Source: an uncultured Gammaproteobacteria bacterium (GTDB lineage Bacteria > Patescibacteriota > Microgenomatia > JAMCZE01). From it: DNA of 31,666 bases. The stretch spans positions 1 to 31,666 of the forward strand of contig CAZKPQ010000001.1 in assembly GCA_964554695.1 (NCBI GenBank). Direction: 5' to 3'. Under the pieces are notes generated by a model, which did no database searches, was not told the DNA's origin, and saw nothing but the letters and a program-made list of their open reading frames with translations. Of the stretch, positions 8,364 through 16,663 are shown piece after piece (position 1 is the first letter of the stretch; each line of letters opens with the position of its first letter). The translations under genes and the position numbers were made by a program.

Positions 8364-9436
8364 GAAAACTCCGCATTGCTCAAATTACTAATCTTCAAGA
8401 ATCCGTTCCCCCCTTAAATAAACACGGCCTTGAACAAATTGTTTCTTACTTAACGGAGGAATTAGTTCGTCGTGGTCACGAGGTCACCCTCTTTGCCCCA
8501 GCGGATTCAAAAACCAATGCCCACCTCGTTCCCCTCTGGCCTACTGCCACAAGCCGGGACTTAAATCATCACGGGATCTCTCCCGAAACTCACACCCAGT
8601 GGGCCGTTGCCACGGCTTTTTCTCGTCACCAAGAATTCGATATCATTCACGACCACACTCGCTTTACCTCGCTTTTCTTTGCTAACCTCGTCCCTACCCC
8701 GGTCGTTTCCACCATCCATCATCCAATTTCTCTTGAACTTCTCGCCCCTTCTTACCCACCCCAGTACCACCCCTATATAAGGGACGGTTGGCTTAACTTT
8801 GCCAAAAGCGTTCATACCGTAGTAGTTAGTAAGTTCCAAGCCCAAAACTATCCGAGCCCCTCAACTGTTATCCCCAATGGTATTTCCCTTCGAAACTGGG
8901 TCGCTCCCAGTATGGAACCCGGCTCCTATCTCGCTTTTCTTGGATATCTAACTCCCGATAAGGGCGCCGCCGAGGCAGTTGAGGCAGCCCTCCAGACTAA
9001 TATCCCCCTAAAAATAGCCGGGCCTCTTGACAACTCCGAGGCTAATCAGAAATACTTCCACTCTCGAATTGCTCCTCACCTTGGGTCCCAAATCGAGTAC
9101 CTCGGCCCCCTAAGCTTCGATCAAAAGCAGGTCTTTCTTTCAAACGCCCTGGCTACCCTTCTTCCCATTCAGTGGGATGAACCTTTTGGCCTTGTCGCTA
9201 TCGAGTCTCTTGCTTCAGGTACTCCTGTTATCGCTTGGAACCGGGCCGCGCTACCAGAAATTATTGAGGATGGTCGCTCCGGTTTCCTCGTCAACTCCGT
9301 TTCTGAAATGGTCGAGAAAATTAGCAAACTGAGTCAAATAAACCGGGCCGACTGTCGAAAACGTGTTGAGGAAAACTTTACCTCCGAGATCATGACCACT
9401 AAATACGAGAGCCTCTACCAAAGCCTTCTTAAATGA
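8360..9436 (+). CDS. Glycosyltransferase family 4
   Basis: GHEVTLFA, DIIHDH, VIPNGI, KGAAEA, WDEPFGLVAIESLASGTPVI, PEIIEDGRSGFL; ATGA overlap with the GH57 gene. Confidence 0.92.
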   Translation: MRKLRIAQITNLQESVPPLNKHGLEQIVSYLTEELVRRGHEVTLFAPADSKTNAHLVPLWPTATSRDLNHHGISPETHTQWAVATAFSRHQEFDIIHDHTRFTSLFFANLVPTPVVSTIHHPISLELLAPSYPPQYHPYIRDGWLNFAKSVHTVVVSKFQAQNYPSPSTVIPNGISLRNWVAPSMEPGSYLAFLGYLTPDKGAAEAVEAALQTNIPLKIAGPLDNSEANQKYFHSRIAPHLGSQIEYLGPLSFDQKQVFLSNALATLLPIQWDEPFGLVAIESLASGTPVIAWNRAALPEIIEDGRSGFLVNSVSEMVEKISKLSQINRADCRKRVEENFTSEIMTTKYESLYQSLLK

Positions 9437-10506
9437 AAATCGCTCTCTATTGCACCAATAACTACCCTTACCCCGTTCCTGCAGGAACCATATTTGCTAA
9501 TATCACCGTTGCCGGAAACCTAGCCGATCAACTAACCCTCCTCGGCCACGACGTTACCCTCTTTGCCCCCGAAGGAACTGTTACCAAGGCCCACTTAGAA
9601 ACCTTTTCTATGTCTCCCTTCTCGAATCCCCAGATCTACGAGCGTTTTCCGGACGAAACCGGAAGCTATGAGTACGAAAACCTGATGCTCATTCGGGCCT
9701 TGAATTACTCCGTGGAAAATGGCTTTGATATCTTTCACAGTCATTGTCGCCCCTTTAGCATCGTTAACTATGCTCCTCTCAAGCCAGAGCTGCCTACTGT
9801 CATTACTATTCATGATCCGGTCGACTACCCTGCCTACAATATCCTTCCTGAATTTAATCAGTTCCAAAATCTCCACTTCGTTTCTATATCCCAATCGCAG
9901 CAAGCTGGTCGCCCCAATCTAAAATGGTCTGCCGTAATCCACAACGGTATCGACCCCGGCGCCTGGCCTTTTAACCCTAATCCCGAGAACTACCTTCTTT
10001 TTGTCGGTCGGATAATCCCCGAGAAGGGACCGGATATCGCTATCCAAATAGCCCAATCCCTTAACCTGCCACTCCACATTTATGGCTCAATTTACCCCAA
10101 GGATCAAAGTTTTTTTGACACTAAAATTAAGCCTTTTCTAAGCGGAGAAATTCGATACTTTGGCCCCGTTGACCAAAGAGCACTTCCCGAAATCTACGGC
10201 CATGCCCAGGCACTCCTTATGCCAAGCCGCTGGTCCGAACCTTTTGGCCTGGTTGCTATTGAAGCTATGGCCACTGGCACCCCCGTCCTTGCTACCGCCA
10301 ACGGCGCTCTTCCTGAAATCATCCTTGACGACAAGACAGGCTATCTATTACCAGACCTCTCGTTAGAAGCCTGGCAAAAGGCCTTACAAGCCCTCAAAAC
10401 CATCGATCGAGCCGCATGTCGAACTCATGTTGAAAAAAACTTCTCCCTGGCGAAGACTGCCCAAAGCTACCTTTCCCTTTATAGCCGAATCTTAGGTTCT
10501 TCCTAG
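9433..10506 (+). CDS. Glycosyltransferase family 4 (paralog of the preceding gene)
   Basis: GHDVTLFA, DIFHSH, VIHNGID, GRIIPEKG, WSEPFGLVAIEAMATGTPVL; ATGA overlap. Confidence 0.92.
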   Translation: MKIALYCTNNYPYPVPAGTIFANITVAGNLADQLTLLGHDVTLFAPEGTVTKAHLETFSMSPFSNPQIYERFPDETGSYEYENLMLIRALNYSVENGFDIFHSHCRPFSIVNYAPLKPELPTVITIHDPVDYPAYNILPEFNQFQNLHFVSISQSQQAGRPNLKWSAVIHNGIDPGAWPFNPNPENYLLFVGRIIPEKGPDIAIQIAQSLNLPLHIYGSIYPKDQSFFDTKIKPFLSGEIRYFGPVDQRALPEIYGHAQALLMPSRWSEPFGLVAIEAMATGTPVLATANGALPEIILDDKTGYLLPDLSLEAWQKALQALKTIDRAACRTHVEKNFSLAKTAQSYLSLYSRILGSS

Positions 10507-11225
10507 GAGTATCGTTTCTCGCGGTAAAGTTCCGAAGGTATGGCTTTAATTGAATCCATAAAGCACTTCGGGTGAACTACATTTAGCATTTCTTCGTTAG
10601 TTTCCTTTCGCCATTCTTCCAAGGTCGCACTTCCCTTAATCGTCTCCTCCCTTGCAAATACTAGTAAGTTCTGTCTGTACCACCACTCTATTCGTTCATC
10701 TCGCCAAATTCTCTTCCGGATCCCATCTACCACTATGTAACCTTCTGCCTTAAATAGTTCCTGCCAGTAATCGGGCCACTGCTCATTAACGTGTCCTGGA
10801 CCTCCCTGTAGAGGGATCGCCGCCGAAAATACCACTACCTTCCCCAGGTTGGTAAGTTCTTTAATAAATCCCGAGGCCCTCTCAGCTGGTAAATGCTCTG
10901 CTACCTCAAGATTCAACACTAGGTCAAACTTTCTCCCCACCCCGATCTCGTAGGCAAGATCTCTTACCGCAAACTTGTCTTCTGGAACGGCTAGATGAGT
11001 TCTATCAACGTAAGGCCCATCTACTCCTAAAACATCCGTCACTCCCATTTTCCAAAAAACCTCTAGCCACCCTCCTTCTCCACAACCAACATCCACTACT
11101 GACTTTGGCTGAAGATTCTCTAGAAGAATTGGTACTACCACTTCCGCCGAGGACTTTGCCCCACCTTTCTGCCATGCGAAGTATTCCCCTGTATAAGCAC
11201 CGTCACTTGTTACCCAACTACCCAT
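10503..11225 (-). CDS. Class I SAM-dependent methyltransferase
   Basis: VVDVGCGEG motif I, GVDG, FDLVLNLEVAEHL, FSAAIPLQGGPGHVNEQWPDYW. Confidence 0.88.
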   Translation of the reverse strand: MGSWVTSDGAYTGEYFAWQKGGAKSSAEVVVPILLENLQPKSVVDVGCGEGGWLEVFWKMGVTDVLGVDGPYVDRTHLAVPEDKFAVRDLAYEIGVGRKFDLVLNLEVAEHLPAERASGFIKELTNLGKVVVFSAAIPLQGGPGHVNEQWPDYWQELFKAEGYIVVDGIRKRIWRDERIEWWYRQNLLVFAREETIKGSATLEEWRKETNEEMLNVVHPKCFMDSIKAIPSELYREKRYS

Positions 11226-11227
11226 CG

Positions 11228-12766
11228 CTAAACTGTCTGCCGAAATGCGGCTGGCGGATTGACTGTTAAAGCTTCTTTCCTAAACTCAATTGCCCGATCA
11301 TATAAGTCTTGGTACTTCCGTCCTGCTTTTTCCCACGAGTTATCTTGATCCATTGCTCGCCGTACTATCCTTCGCCAATTATCCGGGTTTCGGTATGACT
11401 CAATCGCCCTGGTAATCGCCACCAGAAAATTCTCTCGCGTATAGGTCTTAAATGTAAACCCTGTCCCGCTTCCTTTTTCTGGGTTATAGTTCTCGACAAT
11501 ATCAGCTAAACCTCCGGTTGCTCGAACCAAGGGAACACAACCGTACCGCATCGCTTCCATTGCCACGATTCCGCCAGGCTCATAGCGGGAAGGCAGTGTA
11601 AATATATCGGCCCCCGAGGCCATCTGGCGGGGAAGGGTAAAATTGGCCATCAAGTGGGTCCCCACTCTCCCCGGGTACTTCTTCTCTAGTTCCGTAAAGA
11701 AACTTCGGTACCTGTCTTCCCCTGGCCTGCCCATGATAATAAACTGGGCATTAAACTCCTCTAACACAAACTCGATCGTGTCCATAATTAAATCAATCCC
11801 TTTTTGTGAGTCTAATCTACCCCAGGAAGCTAAAAGTGGTACTTTTGGATTGGCTTCCAGATTAAACTGTTTTTGAAGATCGACTTTATTAATCTCTCTC
11901 CGATTAATCGACTGCTGATTATAATTTTGCTTAAGTAGTCGATCTGTCGCCGGATTAAAGTCGTTATAATCTAGTCCATTTAGTACCCCGAACAGCTTTC
12001 CCCGAAGTTCCTTAAACAGATGTTGTAACCCCCTTCCATGCTCATCCGTCATAATCTCCCGAGAGTATGTTTCCGAAACTGTATTCACTAAATCGGCGTT
12101 AATAACCCCCCGCTTTAACGGATTCTGCTTATAAAACCTTTCGTCAAAGAAAGCCGCCAACGGCCCCTTTCCATCATCAAAGTCCATTTCCGACGCGTGT
12201 TCAAAATCAAACTGTCCCTGAAACAGATTATGGACAGATAACAATCCCGCTATCTTTTTATATGTTGGATCTCCTGCGTACTCCGTCCGAAGAAAATTAA
12301 GAAGATAGCCCGTATGCCAGTCATTGGCGTGAATAACATCCGGCTTAAAGAACTCCTGCTTAATAAACTCCAGGGCTCCTCTTGAAAGAAGGCCAAACCG
12401 AATATGGTCATCGTTGTAATCATAGACGTTGGCTCGTTTTTCGTAGTACTCCATGTTCTCGAGAAAATATACTGTTGGTTCACCTTTTTTTGTCTCGCCA
12501 TACGACTTGATATTACAAACCAACTCTGTCGGCTCATTCCTCTCTCCACTGCTTCCTGTGGGTACTCGGAGTCCCCCCACAAGAAGGCTCATCGGAAATC
12601 TCTTTTCATCGATGATGGCGTACTTCGGAGTAAAAATTCTTACGTCCACGCCAAGCTTCAAAAGAGCTCTTGGAAGAAAATAGGAAACCTGAGATAGTCC
12701 CCCGACCGAGGAAAACGGCGCCACTTCCGCCGATACAAACAATACCTTGAGCGTCCGGTTAGCCAC
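11228..12766 (-). CDS. glgA: Glycogen/starch synthase-like GT5, copy 2, with atypical donor-binding motif
   Basis: FVSAEVAPFSSVGGLSQV, HANDWHTG, SVHNL, NTVSETYSREI, GVLNGLD, GRLDSQKG, PSRYEPGGIVAMEAMRYG, TGGLADIV. Confidence 0.88.
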   Translation of the reverse strand: MANRTLKVLFVSAEVAPFSSVGGLSQVSYFLPRALLKLGVDVRIFTPKYAIIDEKRFPMSLLVGGLRVPTGSSGERNEPTELVCNIKSYGETKKGEPTVYFLENMEYYEKRANVYDYNDDHIRFGLLSRGALEFIKQEFFKPDVIHANDWHTGYLLNFLRTEYAGDPTYKKIAGLLSVHNLFQGQFDFEHASEMDFDDGKGPLAAFFDERFYKQNPLKRGVINADLVNTVSETYSREIMTDEHGRGLQHLFKELRGKLFGVLNGLDYNDFNPATDRLLKQNYNQQSINRREINKVDLQKQFNLEANPKVPLLASWGRLDSQKGIDLIMDTIEFVLEEFNAQFIIMGRPGEDRYRSFFTELEKKYPGRVGTHLMANFTLPRQMASGADIFTLPSRYEPGGIVAMEAMRYGCVPLVRATGGLADIVENYNPEKGSGTGFTFKTYTRENFLVAITRAIESYRNPDNWRRIVRRAMDQDNSWEKAGRKYQDLYDRAIEFRKEALTVNPPAAFRQTV

Positions 12767-12772
12767 GAGGAT

Positions 12773-12781
12773 ATTTTACCA
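12773..12781 (-). promoter_or_regulatory. Extended -10 (TGG-TAAAAT) 6 nt before GTG of glgA copy 2
   Basis: Plus strand attttacca at 12773-12781; GTG at 12766. Confidence 0.6.
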
Positions 12782-12799
12782 CCACCGGGAGTTTGTTTG

Positions 12800-12870
12800 T
12801 GGACCCGAGGGGAATTGAACCCCTCCCTTCTCCATGCCATGGAGACAGTCTACCGATAGCCTACGGGCCC
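12800..12870 (-). tRNA. tRNA-Ala (anticodon GGC)
   Basis: Acceptor GGGCCCG/CGGGTCC with G3-U70 and A73; anticodon arm TCTCC-ATGGCAT-GGAGA; T-arm GAGGG-GTTCAATT-CCCCTC region. CCA not encoded; D-stem imperfect. Confidence 0.93.
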
Positions 12871-12885
12871 GAACCTTAGGAACAG

Positions 12886-12894
12886 ATTTTAACA
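12886..12894 (-). promoter_or_regulatory. Extended -10 (TGT-TAAAAT) for tRNA-Ala(GGC)
   Basis: 15 nt upstream of the tRNA 5' end. Confidence 0.5.
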
Positions 12895-13068
12895 AAAACC
12901 CTCGTCGCCGCCAACCCTGGATACCTTTTCGCTCAAGCTTTCCTGCCAAACCGACCCTTTCCTCACTGAATACCAAATTTGTACAGAGGTGTCTAAAGCA
13001 TATGGACCGCCGTTACGGTATAAAATCATTGAGGTACGACCTAGTTTCCGAAGATTGTGCCAATCAAC

Positions 13069-13602
13069 TTAGTCTTTAATATCGCCACAAGCAATGTATT
13101 CGTTGATTCGACTACTTGACTCATGAACATTAATCGCTACTGGCAAAACTGCTTTTATATCGGCCACTGTTGCCTTTATAACTGTCTCCGATTTTCCTCC
13201 GACCACATCGTTGAGATTGTACTTAATTGCCCCTGGCTTCGGACAGCTACCCATATGGATATGAGCTGGGTGTGCTGACACCGTTGCCCCCGGGGCTGCC
13301 GCCATTACCATTAAGACCTTCGTTGTCCCGTCTCCTATATCACTAAGTGTTGCTACTCCCGCTTCCCCCGAATCATTCTGTTCTCCTAACACCACCTGCC
13401 ACTCACTCCCCAAAGCTTCTTTGATGTCACTTGTATTATCAGCCGCTGCCTGCCGTTCTTCCTCAGTCTCTGTAGCTACTCTAACTCCCAAGGGAGACAT
13501 TTGTGATCCAAACACCACGTACCCTAAACCCACCCCTAAAATTAGTCCTACCACAGCTCCAATGATAACTCCTGTCAATCCTTGCATACCTTGTTGCATC
13601 AA
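13069..13602 (-). CDS. Membrane-anchored CHRD-like His-containing domain protein
   Basis: N-terminal TM; GEQNDSGEAGVATL, HPAHIHMGSC, INVHES, YIACGDI. Start is TTG 13602 or ATG 13599. Confidence 0.7.
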   Translation of the reverse strand: MMQQGMQGLTGVIIGAVVGLILGVGLGYVVFGSQMSPLGVRVATETEEERQAAADNTSDIKEALGSEWQVVLGEQNDSGEAGVATLSDIGDGTTKVLMVMAAAPGATVSAHPAHIHMGSCPKPGAIKYNLNDVVGGKSETVIKATVADIKAVLPVAINVHESSSRINEYIACGDIKD

Positions 13603-13669
13603 GACTTAATCTAACAACCGGAGGTCTGCGTTCCACTATGAAACCGTCAGAGAAGTGTAAGAACTTTTG

Positions 13670-13740
13670 TGGACCATAGGAGAATCGAACTCCTATCCCC
13701 GCAATGCGAATGCGGTGTACTACCACTGTACTAATGGCCC
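13670..13740 (-). tRNA. tRNA-Ala (anticodon CGC)
   Basis: Acceptor GGGCCAT/ATGGTCC with G3-U70 and A73; D-arm GTAC-AGTGGTA-GTAC; anticodon arm CCGCA-TTCGCAT-TGCGG; T-arm AGGAG-TTCGATT-CTCCT. Confidence 0.95.
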
Positions 13741-13753
13741 TCTACCCTTGCTA

Positions 13754-13762
13754 ATTTTACCA
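13754..13762 (-). promoter_or_regulatory. Extended -10 (TGG-TAAAAT) for tRNA-Ala(CGC)
   Basis: 13 nt upstream of the tRNA 5' end. Confidence 0.5.
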
Positions 13763-13768
13763 TTCCCC

Positions 13769-14878
13769 CTATCGTAAGAAGCCAAGCGGATTAATTCTCG
13801 CTCCGTTCTGAAGAACCTCAAAGTGAAGGTGGGGCCCCGTTGATCTTCCCGTTGACCCCATATCGCCTAGAACCTCTCCCCGACTTACGTTTTGCCCTTC
13901 GGAGACACCAATCTTCGACAAATGACCGTACAAAGTTTTATAGCCATTTCCATGATTCACAATCACATGATACCCATAACCATAATTTTGGTAGATCACG
14001 CTTTCTACTCTCCCCGAGTCGGCAGCTGTTACTGCCGTTCCCGTCTTGTTAGCAATATCCACCCCGCTGTGGTACCAGGCATAATACTGGGTAATTGTTC
14101 CTCCGGTTGGCCACCCAAACTGACCCGTTCCCCCCGAAAAGAGCTGTTGACCTGGGGCCTTAACTACCCTCGGAGCTACTGGAGCCACCGCTGGTGGTTT
14201 ACCTCCTGGAATAACCAGCGTCTGGCCGGCTGCCAAACTAAACGTTTCGTCGTTTACAAACTCATTATAGGCCCAGTCGACAATTGGCTGGGGGGTAGGT
14301 AAGCCATACTTTTTAGCTAAACTCTGGATCGTGTCTCCTGATTTAACTGTCACCACTACTCCCGCAATTGGCGGGATCTTAACTACCTCTCCCGGCTTCA
14401 AAACCTTTTTCTCGGAAATTCCATTCAGATAAGCAATCGAGGCTACGTCCACCACGTTATCTTCTGCACTAAACTTCTCTGCAATCACCGACAGTGTGTC
14501 CCCCGGAGCCACGGTATAGCTAACTATGTCCCTTCGTGGCTTCTTTGACTCGGACGTTTCCGTATCAATATTCGTTATATCTGTCTGTTCTCCAAGAACC
14601 GTCCCCGACGGTGTCGAACTCGTTACCACTTCAGCATTTGCCGCCATCGGATACTGACTGGCAAGAAGTGGCCCACCCGCCGCCCCCACAATCATCAAAA
14701 AAACCATTCCCGTGTGTAGAAATGGCTTCTGATAAGTCCCCCGGCGCGCCTTAAGAACGTCAACTACCAAGCTTTTAGCTCCTTCGAAGTGAGCTCCAAA
14801 AACCGAAAACTTTCGGCCCCCGTACCAGCCGATAGCTCGTCCAAACTCTCCGACTTCCCCAAGTAACTGTCTTCCCAT
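13769..14878 (-). CDS. LysM-repeat M23-family peptidoglycan endopeptidase
   Basis: TM; two LysM repeats (YTVAPGDTLSVIAEKF, VTVKSGDTIQSLAKKY); M23 motifs YHSGVDIA, YGHLS, GSTGRSTGPHLHFEV. Confidence 0.93.
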   Translation of the reverse strand: MGRQLLGEVGEFGRAIGWYGGRKFSVFGAHFEGAKSLVVDVLKARRGTYQKPFLHTGMVFLMIVGAAGGPLLASQYPMAANAEVVTSSTPSGTVLGEQTDITNIDTETSESKKPRRDIVSYTVAPGDTLSVIAEKFSAEDNVVDVASIAYLNGISEKKVLKPGEVVKIPPIAGVVVTVKSGDTIQSLAKKYGLPTPQPIVDWAYNEFVNDETFSLAAGQTLVIPGGKPPAVAPVAPRVVKAPGQQLFSGGTGQFGWPTGGTITQYYAWYHSGVDIANKTGTAVTAADSGRVESVIYQNYGYGYHVIVNHGNGYKTLYGHLSKIGVSEGQNVSRGEVLGDMGSTGRSTGPHLHFEVLQNGARINPLGFLR

Positions 14879-14884
14879 ACTCGA

Positions 14885-14912
14885 AATTTCCCTGAACTTC
14901 TTCAGGGAAATT
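14885..14912. promoter_or_regulatory. Perfect 12-bp inverted repeat 6 nt upstream of the LysM-M23 start
   Basis: AATTTCCCTGAA-cttc-TTCAGGGAAATT; no U-tail on either strand. Confidence 0.55.
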
Positions 14913-15005
14913 AAGTGTTACCCAGGGTACAATATATAATAACGAAAATCAACTCGCTCTAATGCCTCTCAAACTGTGTCAGACCGAAGAAAATTGCCGT
15001 TTAGT

Positions 15006-16394
15006 CTAAGCTCCACCCTGCGACAGCTGCTCTAGAAACTCTTCGTTCGATTTTGTCTTGGACAGTCGTTCGACCAAAACCTCTGTCCGTTCATTGTCAT
15101 TCAGGAGATGAAGCATCTTAACAAGAGTGTCTAGTTTCTTTAAGGTTTCCGCGTCAACCAATTTTTCAAAATTCCGCGTCCCGCTTCGCCCCACATCAAT
15201 CGACGGAAAAATTCGCTTCTCGGCTAGTTTCCTATCCAAATGAAGCTCCATGTTTCCCGTTCCCTTAAACTCTTCGTAGATTAGATCGTCCATCCTTGAA
15301 TCCGTATCCACCAAGGCTGAACCAATAATCGTTAAACTGCCTCCGTCCTCCACGCACCTGGCCGCTCCCAGAAACTGCTTTGGCGGGAACAGAGCTGCCG
15401 GGTCAAATCCCCCCGAAAGTGTTCTTCCTGAAGGTGGAATTGCTAAATTGTAAGCTCTGGCCAGCCGGGTGATCGAATCTAAAAGCACGACCACATTCTT
15501 GCCCATTTCCACTAATCTCTTTGCTCGATCCAGTGTTATCTCGGCTACCCTCACCTGCTCTGTTGGGCTTTGGTCAAAGTTAGAGGCAATTACTTCCGCC
15601 TTAGTATTCCGACTTATATCGGTAACTTCCTCCGGCCGCTCCCCCACTAAAGCAATCATTAGGTGAAAGTCCGGATAGTTAGTGCTAATAGCATTTGCAA
15701 TCTCCTTTAGAAGCCAAGTTTTACCGGCCTTCGGTGGCGAGACAATTAACCCTCGCTGTCCTCTACCAATCGGCGAAATCAAATCAATAATTCGGGTCGA
15801 CAGTGGCGTCGGTCCCGTCTCGAGCTTTAATTGCTTATCCGGGTAGATTGGTACTAAGTCATCGTACTTAGGACGAGTTAGGGCTTTATCGGCATCTTCA
15901 CCGTTAACCTTATCCACCCTTAAAAGACCGAAATATCTTTCTGTTTCTTTAGGTGGCCTTCCTACGCCTTCTACCATATCTCCCGATCGGAGATTAAACC
16001 TGCGAATCTGGGATGAGGAAATGTAGACATCTCCATCCGAAGGTACAAACTTAGGTCGAAGATAGCCGTGTCCCTCGGGAGTTACATCAAGTACTCCCTT
16101 AAGAGACATTGTTTGAATCGACGAGTCATTTAAATCATGAGGATGCTCCCCTCCGTTCCCTACTCTTGTCTGAGGAACAAATCCTCGTCGTCCTTGGTTA
16201 CTAAACTCTGGTGGATCCGCTGGTAGCGGCACCTCAAAATTATCCTTAACTGGCGCCCCAATTAAATCATCTACTCCTAGGCCTTCCGGCTTAGCCGGCA
16301 CCGGTTTAGCTACCTGTGAGGAGGCAAGTCTCTGGCCACCTCGGTAGACTACTCTCTTTCCACTAGACGATGAAAAATCCTTCCGAATTGTCAT
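15006..16394 (-). CDS. rho: Transcription termination factor Rho with a low-complexity N-terminal extension
   Basis: GVLDVTPEGHGYLR, DVYISSSQIRRFNLRSGD, PIGRGQRGLIVSPPKAGKT, LVGERPEEVTD, LLDSITRLARAYN, GRTLSGG, EEFKGTGNMELHL, SGTR. Confidence 0.98.
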   Translation of the reverse strand: MTIRKDFSSSSGKRVVYRGGQRLASSQVAKPVPAKPEGLGVDDLIGAPVKDNFEVPLPADPPEFSNQGRRGFVPQTRVGNGGEHPHDLNDSSIQTMSLKGVLDVTPEGHGYLRPKFVPSDGDVYISSSQIRRFNLRSGDMVEGVGRPPKETERYFGLLRVDKVNGEDADKALTRPKYDDLVPIYPDKQLKLETGPTPLSTRIIDLISPIGRGQRGLIVSPPKAGKTWLLKEIANAISTNYPDFHLMIALVGERPEEVTDISRNTKAEVIASNFDQSPTEQVRVAEITLDRAKRLVEMGKNVVVLLDSITRLARAYNLAIPPSGRTLSGGFDPAALFPPKQFLGAARCVEDGGSLTIIGSALVDTDSRMDDLIYEEFKGTGNMELHLDRKLAEKRIFPSIDVGRSGTRNFEKLVDAETLKKLDTLVKMLHLLNDNERTEVLVERLSKTKSNEEFLEQLSQGGA

Positions 16395-16521
16395 TAACTT
16401 TACAAATTATCTGGTCACTTAATCAGTTGGAAACCAAAACTGCCTCAAAAAAATCTACGGGATTTAAGGTTGGAAAACGGTCAAAGGCTTAAAAGACAAA
16501 TTGAAGAAAACTCCAAGCCCA

Positions 16522-16551
16522 ATTAAACCTTCTCTTCCCGAGAATTGTCAA
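16522..16551 (-). promoter_or_regulatory. Candidate sigma70 promoter of rho (TTGACA-N18-TTTAAT)
   Basis: tgtcaa at 16546-16551 and attaaa at 16522-16527 on the plus strand; implies a 5' UTR of about 120 nt. Confidence 0.45.
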
Positions 16552-16663
16552 TACCCAATGTTAATGCTAACTTGCCGTAAGCCTGGCTGTCATTTAACGG
16601 GAGTACAACAGCCTGCCCAACTGTCATACCCCCATTAAAAGACAGTCTTCTCAATTCTTGGGC

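Noticed and set aside
12957-12964. GAGGAAAG (minus) resembling the RNase P RNA P4 start
   Set aside because: Not followed by GTCC, no matching 3' P4 strand, and the spacer is too short.
12776-13079. ORFs 12776-12976 (-), 12834-13079 (+) and 13481-13726 (-)
   Set aside because: They overlap well-supported tRNA genes and have no protein-like motifs.
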